From: Capsulimonadaceae bacterium
GTDB taxonomy: Bacteria > Armatimonadota > Armatimonadia > Armatimonadales > Capsulimonadaceae
Length of the DNA stretch: 64,000 bases
Assembly: GCA_965215505.1 (NCBI GenBank)
Contig: OZ244065.1
Location: 3,744,001 to 3,808,000 of the forward strand
Direction of reading: 5' to 3'
Shown here: positions 38,393 through 50,419 of the stretch, piece by piece
Layout of the letters: every line of letters starts with the position of its first letter
Position numbering within the stretch: position 1 is the stretch's first letter
Made by a program: the position numbers and the translations under genes
The notes under the pieces: model-generated
Seen by the model: only the letters and a program-made list of their open reading frames with translations
What the model was told of the DNA's origin: nothing
Database searches by the model: none

Positions 38393-39634
38393 GTGCAGAT
38401 CACGCGCATCAAACCCGGCGGCTGGGTCATCATTCTCCTTGTCCTCGCGGGCATCATCTTTGGCATCCGCTCCTGCCGGAACTCACTCGCTGGCCGTCCC
38501 GCCACGACAGCGGGCGCGGGCGACATTGGGGGCGGCACATCTGGAACCGACTCCCAGGGGACGGCAACGGCGGGAACCGGCACGGGCGGGGCCGCTGTCC
38601 TGACGCCCCAGCAGGCCGGGAGCGGGGACGTCCTGATCTCGACGACCGGCACCAAGCAGGCGTGGCTCCAGACGGAGATCGACAAGTTCAACGGCCAGTC
38701 GTCGGGCGGCAAGGTGACGCTCAACATCACCGAGTCCCGGCAGGCCCTGCACGACATCCTGGACGGCAAACTCCAGCCCGCCCTGTGGAGTCCCTCCAGC
38801 CCCGTCTGGACCTCGCGCCTGGCGGAAGTCTGGCCCCAGCAGCACGGCGGCGCGTCGGTCGGCGACACGGGCGATTCGCAGTCCTACCGGGTCCTCTTCA
38901 AAAGCCCTCTCGTCTTCCTGACCACCAAGCGCAAGGCGGTCACCTTGAAGCCGCTCCTGTCCGGGGCCTCCCCCTGGGCCGCCGTGCGGGATCTCGGGTC
39001 GGGGCAGCGCAAGTCGCCGGGGGGCGCGTTCCACTTCGCCTATGCCGACCCGCTGAATGCCAGCAGCGGCATGCTGACCATGTCCCTGATCATCACCGAG
39101 TACACGCGCACGCACGGCGGCGCGGACAACCCGGCCGCCGCCGTCTCCGGCCCGGCCTTCGCCGCCTACCTGAGCCAGCTCGACCGGGCCTACGTCCACG
39201 ATGCCGCCACGTCCGGGTCGAGCGCCCTGGAGAAAGCCTTCGCCGCCGATCCGGGCGCGCGCGACTTCATCACCGCCTACGAGAACGCCGCCCTGGCCGC
39301 CGTGGACCGCGACCCGAAACTCGCGATCATCTACCCCGTGCCCACCGCGAACGCCGACCAGGGCGTGTTCCTGCTGTCCGCCCCGTGGGTGAGCGCGGGC
39401 CAGAAGAAGACCGCCCAGGCCTTTTTAGACTTCCTCAGCAAGCCCGAGGCGCGCGACGACGGCATCCAATACTACTTCCGGCCCGCCCAGGGCGACGCCC
39501 GCCTGCTCGCCAAACGCCTCGGCCCGGACGCCCGCGCCCAGTTCCAGGTTTCGCCGCCGACCATTGACCTCCAGCCCTATGACGCCTTGAACGAGGCCGC
39601 CGCGCAGTGGCGGACGCAGATGCAGATGAAGTAG
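38393..39634 (+). CDS. Extracellular substrate-binding domain protein (vWA-associated SBP type)
   Basis: AGGAGG RBS, N-terminal TM, PALWSPSS, SPLV, DPLNASSG, AYEN, IYP. Confidence 0.7.
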   Translation: MQITRIKPGGWVIILLVLAGIIFGIRSCRNSLAGRPATTAGAGDIGGGTSGTDSQGTATAGTGTGGAAVLTPQQAGSGDVLISTTGTKQAWLQTEIDKFNGQSSGGKVTLNITESRQALHDILDGKLQPALWSPSSPVWTSRLAEVWPQQHGGASVGDTGDSQSYRVLFKSPLVFLTTKRKAVTLKPLLSGASPWAAVRDLGSGQRKSPGGAFHFAYADPLNASSGMLTMSLIITEYTRTHGGADNPAAAVSGPAFAAYLSQLDRAYVHDAATSGSSALEKAFAADPGARDFITAYENAALAAVDRDPKLAIIYPVPTANADQGVFLLSAPWVSAGQKKTAQAFLDFLSKPEARDDGIQYYFRPAQGDARLLAKRLGPDARAQFQVSPPTIDLQPYDALNEAAAQWRTQMQMK

Positions 39635-39639
39635 GGGGG

Positions 39640-40116
39640 ATGAAGCAGATTATGCCGACGCCCAAACACATTGTCGCGGTCGCCGGGCTGGTTTCGGACG
39701 CGCGGGGCCGGGTGCTGATGCTCCGCAGCCCTCGCCGCGACTGGGAGTTCCCCGGCGGTCAGGTGGAGGAGGGCGAGAGCCTGACGGACGCCCTGCGGCG
39801 CGAGGTCATGGAGGAGACGGGCGTCACGGTTACTGTCGGTGCGCTCGTCGGCGTCTACTCCAACCTCAAGTCGCACATCGTTATGTTCGACTTCCTGTGC
39901 GCGCTGGTCGGGGGCGAGCTGACGGCCAGCGCCGAGAGTCCCGAGGTCGCCTGGGTGGAGCGGGGTGAGGCGTTGGCCCGCATCATCCGGCCCGCCATCC
40001 GCGACCGGATGCGGGACATGCTGGGGTTCAGGGGTCAGGTTGTCTACCGCTCCTACACGTTCGACGCGAACGAGGTGCATACCGAGTATACGGTGCATGA
40101 GGAGCGGCGGATCTAG
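39640..40116 (+). CDS. NUDIX hydrolase
   Basis: PGGQVEEGESLTDALRREVMEETG Nudix box. Confidence 0.92.
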   Translation: MKQIMPTPKHIVAVAGLVSDARGRVLMLRSPRRDWEFPGGQVEEGESLTDALRREVMEETGVTVTVGALVGVYSNLKSHIVMFDFLCALVGGELTASAESPEVAWVERGEALARIIRPAIRDRMRDMLGFRGQVVYRSYTFDANEVHTEYTVHEERRI

Positions 40117-40177
40117 CGCGGTGGCGGAACGGCCACTGATCGGGCGAGTGGCCGGGCGAGTGGCCGGGCGAGTGGCC

Positions 40178-40340
40178 GGACGAGTGATTGAAATCACTCG
40201 CTCCTGCCTGACCTGTCCAGGGGACAGAAGAGCGAAGGCAGAGCGGACAAGAGGTGTCTCCTGTTCCATACTGCCCTTCCTCTCTTTCCTCTGTCCCCTG
40301 GACAGGTCTGCGCGGAGCGAGTGATTTCGATCACTCGTCC
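40178..40340. repeat. Palindromic MITE/REPIN-like element, copy 2
   Basis: ggacgagtgattgaaatcactcgctc ... gagcgagtgatttcgatcactcgtcc. Confidence 0.85.
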
Positions 40341-40372
40341 AATCCCCCGCTCGCACAAGGTAAAATGACCCC

Positions 40373-40768
40373 ATGGCCGAACCCTCCCTGGACACGCTGC
40401 AAGACCAACTCAGCCGGGCCGCCGAGGCGCACGCGCTGGACATGGAACTGACCTTCAAGCCGATGTTCGGCGGGGTTTCTGCCTACGTCGGGGGCCGCGT
40501 GTTCGCGTCCCTGTCGGACATCGGGCTGGCCCTGAAACTGCCGCCCGCGGAACAGGCCGCGCTGCTGACCGTGGAAGGCGCGAAGCGGCTCCAGTACGAG
40601 CCGCACGCGCCGCCGAGCAAGCAGTACGTCGTCGTCCCGACGCCCATGCAGGCCGACCCGGCGGCCCTGTCGCCGTGGCTCGCGCGGAGCGTCGAATACG
40701 TCCTGGCCCTGCCCGCGCCGAAGCCGAGGGCGGGCAAGGCGAAGCGCAAGGAGAGCGGGGTAGAATAA
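40373..40768 (+). CDS. TfoX/Sxy N-terminal domain protein
   Basis: FKPMFGG..YV.GRVFA..LALKL; YVVVP. Confidence 0.75.
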   Translation: MAEPSLDTLQDQLSRAAEAHALDMELTFKPMFGGVSAYVGGRVFASLSDIGLALKLPPAEQAALLTVEGAKRLQYEPHAPPSKQYVVVPTPMQADPAALSPWLARSVEYVLALPAPKPRAGKAKRKESGVE

Positions 40769-40786
40769 CAGGGCGGGGAAACAACG

Positions 40787-41149
40787 ATGACGACCATAGC
40801 GATTATGCCAGTGGTGACCGGAGACGGTAGTATCGTTTATTGCGGCATGGCGGGCGAGAAGCGGTCAGAAGGCGACACCGCGGGGAAGGCACTCGACGCC
40901 CTGACGGCGCAGTTGCCCGAGACGCAGGACGGCCTGCTAGTGATCGTCCAAAGCCTACGTCTTGGCCGCTTCTTTGACGTGCAGCAGCAGCGCCGCTTCA
41001 GAGAACTCATGGAAGCCTTACGATGGGCCGGGGGAGAGCTGCCGGCAGAAGAGGAGGCGGAACTTGAGTCCCTGGTCGGGGTCGAAGTCCGCGCCTCCGC
41101 TGATCGCACCGCCATGTTCGCCGCCGAAATTGGGCGATGGTCCACATGA
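40787..41149 (+). CDS. Hypothetical protein (possible orphan antitoxin-like)
   Basis: G.TAGKALDAL; LPAEEEAELESLV. Confidence 0.55.
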   Translation: MTTIAIMPVVTGDGSIVYCGMAGEKRSEGDTAGKALDALTAQLPETQDGLLVIVQSLRLGRFFDVQQQRRFRELMEALRWAGGELPAEEEAELESLVGVEVRASADRTAMFAAEIGRWST

Positions 41150-41160
41150 AAGGAAACCGA

Positions 41161-41595
41161 ATGAAGATGACATGGTATGCGGGCGCGTGCGCCGTAGCAG
41201 GAATTTTGCTCCTCCCGGCGGCCGTCGGCGCGGCCCCCAAACCGGCTCCCGCGCCCGCCAAGGCTGCGGCCCCTGGCTTCACCTCCAAAGTGACGGCCAC
41301 GCCGGGCCACGCCAGGGTGGGGAAGGACGCGAACATCGCGGTCAGCCTGGTCAACAAGGGCGCGTCCTTCCCCGGCGCGAACGTGGACCTGGAGGTCTAC
41401 GACGCGAAGAACAAGAAGGTCGCGCAGCACACCTGGTCGGGGCAGGCGCTGGCGAAGGGCAAAGGCGGCGCGTACCGCTGGGCCTGGAAACCGGCCTCGG
41501 CGGGGACATACACCGTCAAGTTCGGCGTCTTCAGCAGCGACTGGAAGAACCTGCGCTACTGGGTGGACAAGGCCCTGATCCTGCCGGTTTCGTGA
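41161..41595 (+). CDS. Secreted Ig-fold-like protein
   Basis: Signal peptide; GTYTVKFGVF..W. Confidence 0.65.
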   Translation: MKMTWYAGACAVAGILLLPAAVGAAPKPAPAPAKAAAPGFTSKVTATPGHARVGKDANIAVSLVNKGASFPGANVDLEVYDAKNKKVAQHTWSGQALAKGKGGAYRWAWKPASAGTYTVKFGVFSSDWKNLRYWVDKALILPVS

Positions 41596-41656
41596 CGACC
41601 TCTTTTGTGACAGCCTCTTTCGTGACGGCCTCTTTCGTGACGACACCCGTAACCCC

Positions 41657-42313
41657 ATGCCGCTAGACCCACTCTGGAAACGCGCCCTGAAGGCAGTTGT
41701 CGAGATCAAGGACCCGCCAGCCCCCCCGCCGCCGGAGCCGGTCCCGCAGGCCGCCTATGACGAGCTGGACGGTGCCCTGAAGATCCAGGAGCGGCGCGAG
41801 TCGCGGCAGCGGCTCACGCCCGCGCCGCCGTCCTCGCCGGCCCCGGATGACGCGAGTCCGGTGGACGCCGACGGCCTGGTTTCCTTCGAGCGGGTGTACG
41901 AGCAGGCCGGGGTGCCCGTCGTCCCGTTCACGGCGGAGCAGGCTTTGGACATGCTCCGCAACATGCCGCCGGGCGTCTCCGACGACTCGCGCCAGCAGAT
42001 CATCAACGTCACCCTGTCCGCCCTGGGCCGCTCCGTCGGCGGGACGCCCGAGGCCATCGTCGCCGACGCCACGCGCAAACAGGCCGCCTTGACCGCCTTC
42101 CGGCAGGCGCGTGGGGACGCCCTGGCGGACCTGACGACGGCCGCCGAGGCGCGCATCGCCGAGCTGCGGCGCGAGATCGAGAAGGGGCAGGCCGTCGTCG
42201 AGCAGGCCAAGCGTCAGTACGAGGCGCTGGCACGGGGCTGTTCGGACGAGGAGGCGCGGCTGGACACGGTCGTGGACTTCTTCAGCCAGACGCCCGCCGC
42301 GCGGAGACCGTAA
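41657..42313 (+). CDS. Hypothetical coiled-coil protein
   Basis: Clean ORF with C-terminal heptad pattern. Confidence 0.65.
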   Translation: MPLDPLWKRALKAVVEIKDPPAPPPPEPVPQAAYDELDGALKIQERRESRQRLTPAPPSSPAPDDASPVDADGLVSFERVYEQAGVPVVPFTAEQALDMLRNMPPGVSDDSRQQIINVTLSALGRSVGGTPEAIVADATRKQAALTAFRQARGDALADLTTAAEARIAELRREIEKGQAVVEQAKRQYEALARGCSDEEARLDTVVDFFSQTPAARRP

Positions 42314-42324
42314 AGGAGAGAGTC

Positions 42325-43152
42325 GTGGACCTGGGCGTCGTGGTCAACTTGTATCCGGAAACTAACATCGGCGCGGCCTTTCGGGAGGCCGCCGAGGCGG
42401 GGTTCGGGCGCGGGCAGGTCACATCCTTTATGCACGGGATCACGGCGGGCGATGTCCGCCGGATCGCCCTCTGCGCCCGCGACACCGGGTTCCGGGTGGA
42501 CGCCGTGGGCTGCTACATCAACCCGCTGCGGCTCGATGACGCCTCGCTGCACGGCGTGGATGCCGGGGACTGGCGGACCTGGGCCGAGAACATGGGGATG
42601 CTCGGTACCGAGCGGCTGGTCTGCTGGAGCGGGACCCTGGGCCGGACCCTGATCACCCCGACCCTGCTGAACGGCGAGGCGCAGACCTTCAACAGCCTGT
42701 TCATCGCCCTGAGCGGCCTGCTGGAGATGGCGCGCGGCCTGCCCGTCCAGATCCTCCTGGAGCCGTACACCGCCCACGTCCTCGGCGATGCCGCCGCGTG
42801 CGTCCGCCTGGTCCGCAAGTTCCCCGGCGGCGAGGTGCGGGTCGTGCTGGATGCGCCGAACCTCCTGCCCGCCCGCACTCCGGCCCCGTTCGCGCCGCGC
42901 GTCTCCGAGATCGTCTCCGCGCTGGCCCCCGCCGTCGGCCTAATCCACTTGAAAGACTTCGCGCTGGGAGAGGACGGCCGCCCGCGCTTCTTCCGGCCCG
43001 GTGGGGGCGCTTTAGACTACGGCGAGTACCTGCGCGCCATCGCCCGATCCCTGCCCGAAGTGCCGGTCGTCATCGAGCAGGTGACGAGCGTGGCCGAGAT
43101 GCGCGCCGCCCGCGAGTTCGTGGAGGCGACCCTGAAGGAGTGTGGACTCTGA
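42325..43152 (+). CDS. Sugar phosphate isomerase/epimerase (TIM barrel)
   Basis: LLEP, LDAPN, IHLKD and VIE motifs. Confidence 0.8.
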   Translation: MDLGVVVNLYPETNIGAAFREAAEAGFGRGQVTSFMHGITAGDVRRIALCARDTGFRVDAVGCYINPLRLDDASLHGVDAGDWRTWAENMGMLGTERLVCWSGTLGRTLITPTLLNGEAQTFNSLFIALSGLLEMARGLPVQILLEPYTAHVLGDAAACVRLVRKFPGGEVRVVLDAPNLLPARTPAPFAPRVSEIVSALAPAVGLIHLKDFALGEDGRPRFFRPGGGALDYGEYLRAIARSLPEVPVVIEQVTSVAEMRAAREFVEATLKECGL

Positions 43153-44093
43153 TGCCTGAGGTTATGGAACCGCGAACGCCCGTTAAATCGTCCCGCTTCA
43201 CGCTCCCGCGCGTGAAGAGGGGGCCGCCGCGCCCCCGGCCCGACCACTGCCTCAACTGCGGGCACGCCGCCGAGGGCAACTTCTGCGCCCACTGCGGCCA
43301 GGAACACAAGGACCACGCTGTCGCCCTGCGCCCGCTCGTCTCCGACCTGCTGGCCGAGGTCGTCTCGTGGGACTCCAAGCTGATGCGGACGCTGGTCCCG
43401 CTGGTCATCCGGCCGGGCTTCCTGACCAGCGAGTACACGGCGGGCCGGCGCGTCGGCTACCTGTCGCCGCTGAAGCTGTACCTGACCGTCAGCGTCCTGT
43501 TCTTCCTCGCCCTGTCCTGGAAAGCGCCGCTGAACGAGCACAACGTCGTCATCAACCCCACCGGCGTCACCGTCCGCGCCGGCGGCAGAACAGTGGCCGC
43601 GCCCAAGTCGCGCACGCTGGAGGAGTACGATGCCAACCAAAGGCGCAAGCCATTGGCCGAGCGGGACCCGCCGCTGACGGCGACCCTGATCCGCCACTCC
43701 TTCAAGGCGAAGCAGAGTCCGATGACGTTTGTTTCGGCCCTCCTGGCTGACATCCCCAAGATGATGTTCTTCCTGCTGCCGCTGTTCGCCATGACGCTCA
43801 AGCTGCTGTATCTTCGGACCAAGCGGCTGTATGTGGAGCATCTGGTTTTCCTGCTGCACGTCCACGCCTTCGCGTTCCTGTTTCTGACCCCGCTGCTGAT
43901 GGCTCCCCTTGTCTGGCGTGGCCTCTTCGCCGGGCTGGTCCTGCCCGTCTACTTTGTCCTTGCCATGCGCGCGGTCTACAAGCAGGGCTGGCCCAAGACG
44001 CTGACCAAGTTCGTGCTGCTCAACCTGGGCTACGTCATCCTGCTCGCGTTCTGCCTCGCTGGCACGGCAGTCGTGGCGCTGTGGCTGCTGTAG
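43152..44093 (+). CDS. DUF3667 membrane protein
   Basis: CLNCG..NFCAHCGQ, RPGFLT.EY.AGRR..YLSP, YVEHLVF. Confidence 0.82.
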   Translation: MPEVMEPRTPVKSSRFTLPRVKRGPPRPRPDHCLNCGHAAEGNFCAHCGQEHKDHAVALRPLVSDLLAEVVSWDSKLMRTLVPLVIRPGFLTSEYTAGRRVGYLSPLKLYLTVSVLFFLALSWKAPLNEHNVVINPTGVTVRAGGRTVAAPKSRTLEEYDANQRRKPLAERDPPLTATLIRHSFKAKQSPMTFVSALLADIPKMMFFLLPLFAMTLKLLYLRTKRLYVEHLVFLLHVHAFAFLFLTPLLMAPLVWRGLFAGLVLPVYFVLAMRAVYKQGWPKTLTKFVLLNLGYVILLAFCLAGTAVVALWLL

Positions 44094-44137
44094 GGCGGGG
44101 ACAGGGAAGAAGGGCGGGGGGACCCCGCCCCTTCCCC

Positions 44138-45115
44138 CTACCGCAGCCACGTCAGCAGCAGCGGCACCGTGATGGCGGACAGGACCGTCGAGACGAACAC
44201 GACGCCGACGGCGAAGTCGCCCTCCATGTCGTTCTGGCCCGCCAGCACCGACCCCATGACCGAGGCCGGCATCGCCATCTCCAGGACGCCGTCCATCCGC
44301 ACCTCCCCGCCCAGCCCCAGCAGGCGGCACAGGCCCCACATCGCGAGCGGGCTGACCAGCAGCTTGCACGCACAGGCCAGCGCCATCGGCCCGACCCGGC
44401 CCCCCGCCGCGCCGGGCCGCAGGGCGACCCCCAGCGCCAGCAGGACCAGCGGCGTCGTCCCCTGCCCGAGATACTCCAGGCCCTTGCCCAACACCCCGGC
44501 CACCGCGCGCAGCCCGGCGACATCGCCCAGAGCGGGCGGGACGGGGACCAGCCGCAGGACGATCCCCAGGACCGCGCTCAGAAACAAAGGCGACCGCAGG
44601 AACCGCAGGACCGCCCCGCGCCGCCCGCCGGTCCCCGTAGTGCCCGCCCCTTTGCCGCCGCCCATCTGCGCGCCGAGCAGGGCCGCCGACAGGTACATCG
44701 GGATGTTCATGCCGAACTGGTCTATCAGGATGGTGACGGGGAACTGTGCCGGCACCAGGGCCAGGGTCAGCGGGTAGCCGATGAAGCCCGTGTTGCCGTA
44801 GACCCCGACCAGCAGCAATGCCCCCAGCACGCCCGGCGTCAGCCGCATCGCCCGCCCGACGGCGTAAATGACGGCGGCGGCGGATGCCTCCGCCCCCACG
44901 CCCGCCAGCACCGGCAGGGCCAGCGCGGCGGACAGGTGGGGTGCGTTCAAAAGCCCGTGCAGGACGAGGGCGGGCAGAGTGACCTGGACGACCAGCCCGT
45001 TCAGGATGGGGACATGGGCGGGGTGCAGGACGCGCGCCTTTTTCAGCCCCCAGCCAAGAAGGATCAGCAGGAACGGCGGCGCGAGGGCGGTGAGGATGGC
45101 GGCGAAGAGGGGCAA
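44138..45115 (-). CDS. AEC family transporter
   Basis: GNTGFIGYP, SPLF, PLVLLALG, EMAMP. Start is approximate. Confidence 0.82.
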   Translation of the reverse strand: MPLFAAILTALAPPFLLILLGWGLKKARVLHPAHVPILNGLVVQVTLPALVLHGLLNAPHLSAALALPVLAGVGAEASAAAVIYAVGRAMRLTPGVLGALLLVGVYGNTGFIGYPLTLALVPAQFPVTILIDQFGMNIPMYLSAALLGAQMGGGKGAGTTGTGGRRGAVLRFLRSPLFLSAVLGIVLRLVPVPPALGDVAGLRAVAGVLGKGLEYLGQGTTPLVLLALGVALRPGAAGGRVGPMALACACKLLVSPLAMWGLCRLLGLGGEVRMDGVLEMAMPASVMGSVLAGQNDMEGDFAVGVVFVSTVLSAITVPLLLTWLR

Positions 45116-45120
45116 ACTTG

Positions 45121-45570
45121 TTAGGCACTTGGATGGGCGACGAAGCCGGTCTTGACGCCGCGCTCGAAGCCGGCTTTTTCGTAGAACCGCAGTGTTGACT
45201 CGTTTTTGCTTCCCGTCAGCAGCATCACCTTGTAGCAGCCGCGCTCCCACGCGGCTTGGAGGGCGTGCTTCAGGACCGCCGTCCCCAGCCCGTGCCGCCG
45301 GTAGTCGGGGTAGGTCACGACGTTCTCGATCAGCCCGTAGGGGTGCCCGCCGCGCGTCAGGTTCGGGACCACGACCAGGGTGCAGGTCGCCGCCAGGGAG
45401 CCTTCCCAATAGGCACCCCAGCACTGCTGGTTCGGGTCCTGCCGCAGCGCCTTCCAGAGTTGTGTCGCCTCGTCCAGCGGCAGCATCTCGTCTTCCGGGT
45501 GGAGGTGCGCGTACAGGCACAGCAGCGCGAACAATTCTTCGTCGGCGACTTCGCGGATGGTTACGGGCAT
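45121..45570 (-). CDS. GNAT acetyltransferase
   Basis: IENVVT.PDYRRHGLG; FYEKAGF. Confidence 0.9.
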   Translation of the reverse strand: MPVTIREVADEELFALLCLYAHLHPEDEMLPLDEATQLWKALRQDPNQQCWGAYWEGSLAATCTLVVVPNLTRGGHPYGLIENVVTYPDYRRHGLGTAVLKHALQAAWERGCYKVMLLTGSKNESTLRFYEKAGFERGVKTGFVAHPSA

Positions 45571-45616
45571 GGGGTAGGCCTCGTCAAGCCGCCGTCGGGT
45601 GGACGTGAAGGTGGGG

Positions 45617-45757
45617 GGACGAGTGATTGAAATCACTCGCTGCCGTCGGACCTGTCCAGGGGACAGAGGAGACGGAAGGGGACGCCTGTGACCTCATGCC
45701 TGTGCCCTTGTCCCTTGGACAAATCCTGCGTCAGCGAGTGATTTCAATCACTCGTCC
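45617..45757. repeat. Palindromic MITE/REPIN-like element, copy 3
   Basis: Same terminal IR and internal cctgtccaggggacag. Confidence 0.85.
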
Positions 45758-45922
45758 GGTTCCACTGGCCCTGCTCCATACAATCTGCGGTCAGGGCCTT
45801 CATCAAGGCGTCGGCAGCCTCGTAAGCGTCGTAGGGCGACCAGAGCGGGTGAACACCCGGCGGCAGCAGTTCCGGCACGACCGCCGCCACTCCCCCATGC
45901 GCTGCCACTCCCCCATGCTCCG

Positions 45923-47914
<1,992 letters not shown>

Positions 47915-47961
47915 TTATTATAGTTAATATAGTGTAATGATAAGGGAAAGGAGACAGAAAA

Positions 47962-49929
47962 ATGTGGCAGCGATTCACGGAAGCCGCCCGTCAGGTCGTG
48001 TTCTACGCGCAGGAAGAGGCCGGGAAATGGGGCGAAAGGTCCGTCAGCCCGGAACACGTCCTGCTCGGCATCACGCGCATCCCTGACAGTGTCGGGGCGG
48101 CCGTCCTCGAACAGCTCGGCGTGAGCCTGGAAGACATGCGGCTGGAGGTCCAGTCACACCTGGAGCCGGGCGAAGGCGGACCGGAGCAGGACATGCAGCT
48201 CACCGAGTCGGCCAAAAAGGTGATAGACTACGCCTACGAGGAGGCGAAGCGCCTGAAGAGCAGTGCCATCGGGGCCGAGCATCTGCTCCTGGGGGTGCTG
48301 CGCCTGCCGTATGGCATCGGTCCGGAGTCCCTGGCAAAGCTCGGCATCACGCTTGAAGCCGTTCGAAACCAATTGCTACAAACGCAATCCAAGGGTTTCA
48401 CGCTGGGGAAGCTGCCCCAACCGCGCAAGAAATCTCAGGATATGGCGGCGTATGTGGGGGCCTTGGAAGAACAGGCCAAGACGGCAGAGGGCCTCCTGAG
48501 CCTGGACGAAGCCGTCAAATTCCTCGGCACCAGCAAGCCGACTCTGTACCGCCTGCTCGGACAGGACGAGATCAAAGGACTCAAGGTAGGCCGCCAGTGG
48601 CGGTTCCGCCGCGCCGACCTGACCGCCTACATGGAGCGCGGCCCCGTGGCCGTCTCCGCCGCCCCGAAGGAGGATCTGGACATGGAACTCGCGTTTTTCT
48701 CGGACCTGCTCGGACAGGCCGCGCCGGACCTGACCGGCGACGCCGAAGCCAAGACCGTGCGGCTGGCTGAAGACATCTTCAAGCTCGCCATCCAGTCGCG
48801 GGCCAGCGACATCCACCTGGAGCCGAACGCCGACGACTTCCTGCTGCGCCTGCGCGTGGACGGCGTGCTGCAAGAAACGCGACGCCTGCCGTCCAGCACG
48901 AAAGAGTCGCTGACGGCCCGCTTCAAGATCATGGCCGAGATGGATACCAACGAGAAGCGGCTGCCGCAAGACGGGCGCATCCCCGTCAAGCACGAGGACA
49001 AGGACTTCGATTTCCGCGTCGCCGTCGTCCCGTCCGTGTACGGCGAGGCCGTCACCCTGCGGATTCTTGACCGCAGCACGGTCCTCCTCGGCCTGGACAG
49101 GCTGGGAATCGCGCCCGAGGACCTGCACCAGATCCGGGGCTTCATGCAGCAGCCGAACGGCATCGTCATCGCGACCGGCCCGACCGGGGCGGGCAAGACG
49201 ACCCTGCTCTATAGCTGTCTCCAGGAAGTGGCCGGGGTCGAGAAGAAGACCATGACCGTCGAGGACCCCGTGGAGTATGTCCTACCCTACACCACGCAGA
49301 CCCAGGTGAACAAGAAGGCCGGGCTGACCTTCCCCGCCGTCCTGCGCTCGCTGCTGCGGCAGGACCCGGACGTCATCCTGGTCGGCGAGATGCGCGACCT
49401 CGAAACCGCGCTGATCGCCGTCGAGGTTTCCCTGACCGGACACCTGCTGCTGACGTCCATGCACACCGGCGACGCCCCCTCGGCCCTGCTGCGCCTGCTG
49501 GACATGGGCGTCGAGCCGTACCTCGCCGGGGCGACCGTCGCGGGCGTCGTCGCCACCCGCCTGGTCCGCCGCGTCTGCGACGACTGCAAGCAGCCCGTGG
49601 ACCTGTCGGGCGAGCCAGGCCTGGGCTACGTCGCCCAACTCGCGCGGGAGGGCGGCTACGAGATCCCCACCGACGCGGTGTTCGTGCGCGGCGCGGGCTG
49701 CGAGTCGTGCCGGGGCCGGGGCTATCGGGGCCGGACGGGTCTGTACGAGGTCCTGCCCATGTCGGAGTCGCTGACCGAGGCCGTCCTGCGCCGCGCGCCG
49801 GTGGAGGAGCTGACCGACATCGCCGTCGAGGCCGGCATGCGGACCCTGCTGGCCGACGGCATCCGCAAGGCCGCCGCCGGCCTGACGACCATCGAGGAGG
49901 TCATGCGCGTGGTGACGGTGTCGGTGTGA
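47962..49929 (+). CDS. Fusion of Clp N-terminal domain, excisionase-type HTH and GspE/PilB ATPase
   Basis: MWQRFTE..EHVLLG (ClpN); LSLDEAVKFLGTSKPTLYR..KVGRQWRF (HTH); ASDIHLEP, GPTGAGKT, LVGEMRD, C4 motif. Confidence 0.9.
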   Translation: MWQRFTEAARQVVFYAQEEAGKWGERSVSPEHVLLGITRIPDSVGAAVLEQLGVSLEDMRLEVQSHLEPGEGGPEQDMQLTESAKKVIDYAYEEAKRLKSSAIGAEHLLLGVLRLPYGIGPESLAKLGITLEAVRNQLLQTQSKGFTLGKLPQPRKKSQDMAAYVGALEEQAKTAEGLLSLDEAVKFLGTSKPTLYRLLGQDEIKGLKVGRQWRFRRADLTAYMERGPVAVSAAPKEDLDMELAFFSDLLGQAAPDLTGDAEAKTVRLAEDIFKLAIQSRASDIHLEPNADDFLLRLRVDGVLQETRRLPSSTKESLTARFKIMAEMDTNEKRLPQDGRIPVKHEDKDFDFRVAVVPSVYGEAVTLRILDRSTVLLGLDRLGIAPEDLHQIRGFMQQPNGIVIATGPTGAGKTTLLYSCLQEVAGVEKKTMTVEDPVEYVLPYTTQTQVNKKAGLTFPAVLRSLLRQDPDVILVGEMRDLETALIAVEVSLTGHLLLTSMHTGDAPSALLRLLDMGVEPYLAGATVAGVVATRLVRRVCDDCKQPVDLSGEPGLGYVAQLAREGGYEIPTDAVFVRGAGCESCRGRGYRGRTGLYEVLPMSESLTEAVLRRAPVEELTDIAVEAGMRTLLADGIRKAAAGLTTIEEVMRVVTVSV

Positions 49930-49967
49930 TACCGACAAGGTGAGGCCAGGGAGGGTGAAGCCATAAG

Positions 49968-50023
49968 AGGGCGGGGGACCCCGCCCCTACAGCGCGTCCC
50001 GTAGGGGCGGGGTCCCCCCGCCC
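49968..50023. repeat. Inverted pair of GTAG-type REPs
   Basis: gggcggggaccccgcccctac ... gtaggggcggggtccccccgccc; related REPs near 24074, 51598 and 62836. Confidence 0.65.
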
Positions 50024-50145
50024 TTCTTTCCTTGCCCCTCTTCCCCTCCCTCTTGCCCATATTCTTTTTTCCAAAACCTTGCAGGATTCCGCCTGTCGGG
50101 CGCAGAAAAGTATTGGGAGAACTTATCTTTAGGGAGATTATCAGC

Positions 50146-50394
50146 ATGGCATCCTATGATGCGAAGATCGCCGGATACACCGTCACCATCAACTACCAGC
50201 AGGGCGGGACCAATCAGGTCGGAGTCAAGAAGCCCGCCAAGGTGAAAGCCTGGGCCATCTGCCCCGTCTGCGAGAAGAGGATCGAGGGTGCCTCCAACTC
50301 GATGGGCGAGGCCACCCGCGATGTCGAGCGGAAGGTCGCCGAGAGCATCCAGACCGAAACCGAGGCGAAGAACGCCGAGCCGGCCAAAGTCTAG
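50146..50394 (+). CDS. Small hypothetical protein (CPVC)
   Basis: AGGGAG RBS; coding-like composition. Confidence 0.6.
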   Translation: MASYDAKIAGYTVTINYQQGGTNQVGVKKPAKVKAWAICPVCEKRIEGASNSMGEATRDVERKVAESIQTETEAKNAEPAKV

Positions 50395-50419
50395 CCGAGG
50401 TCTCCGAGAGGGAGGGCGC

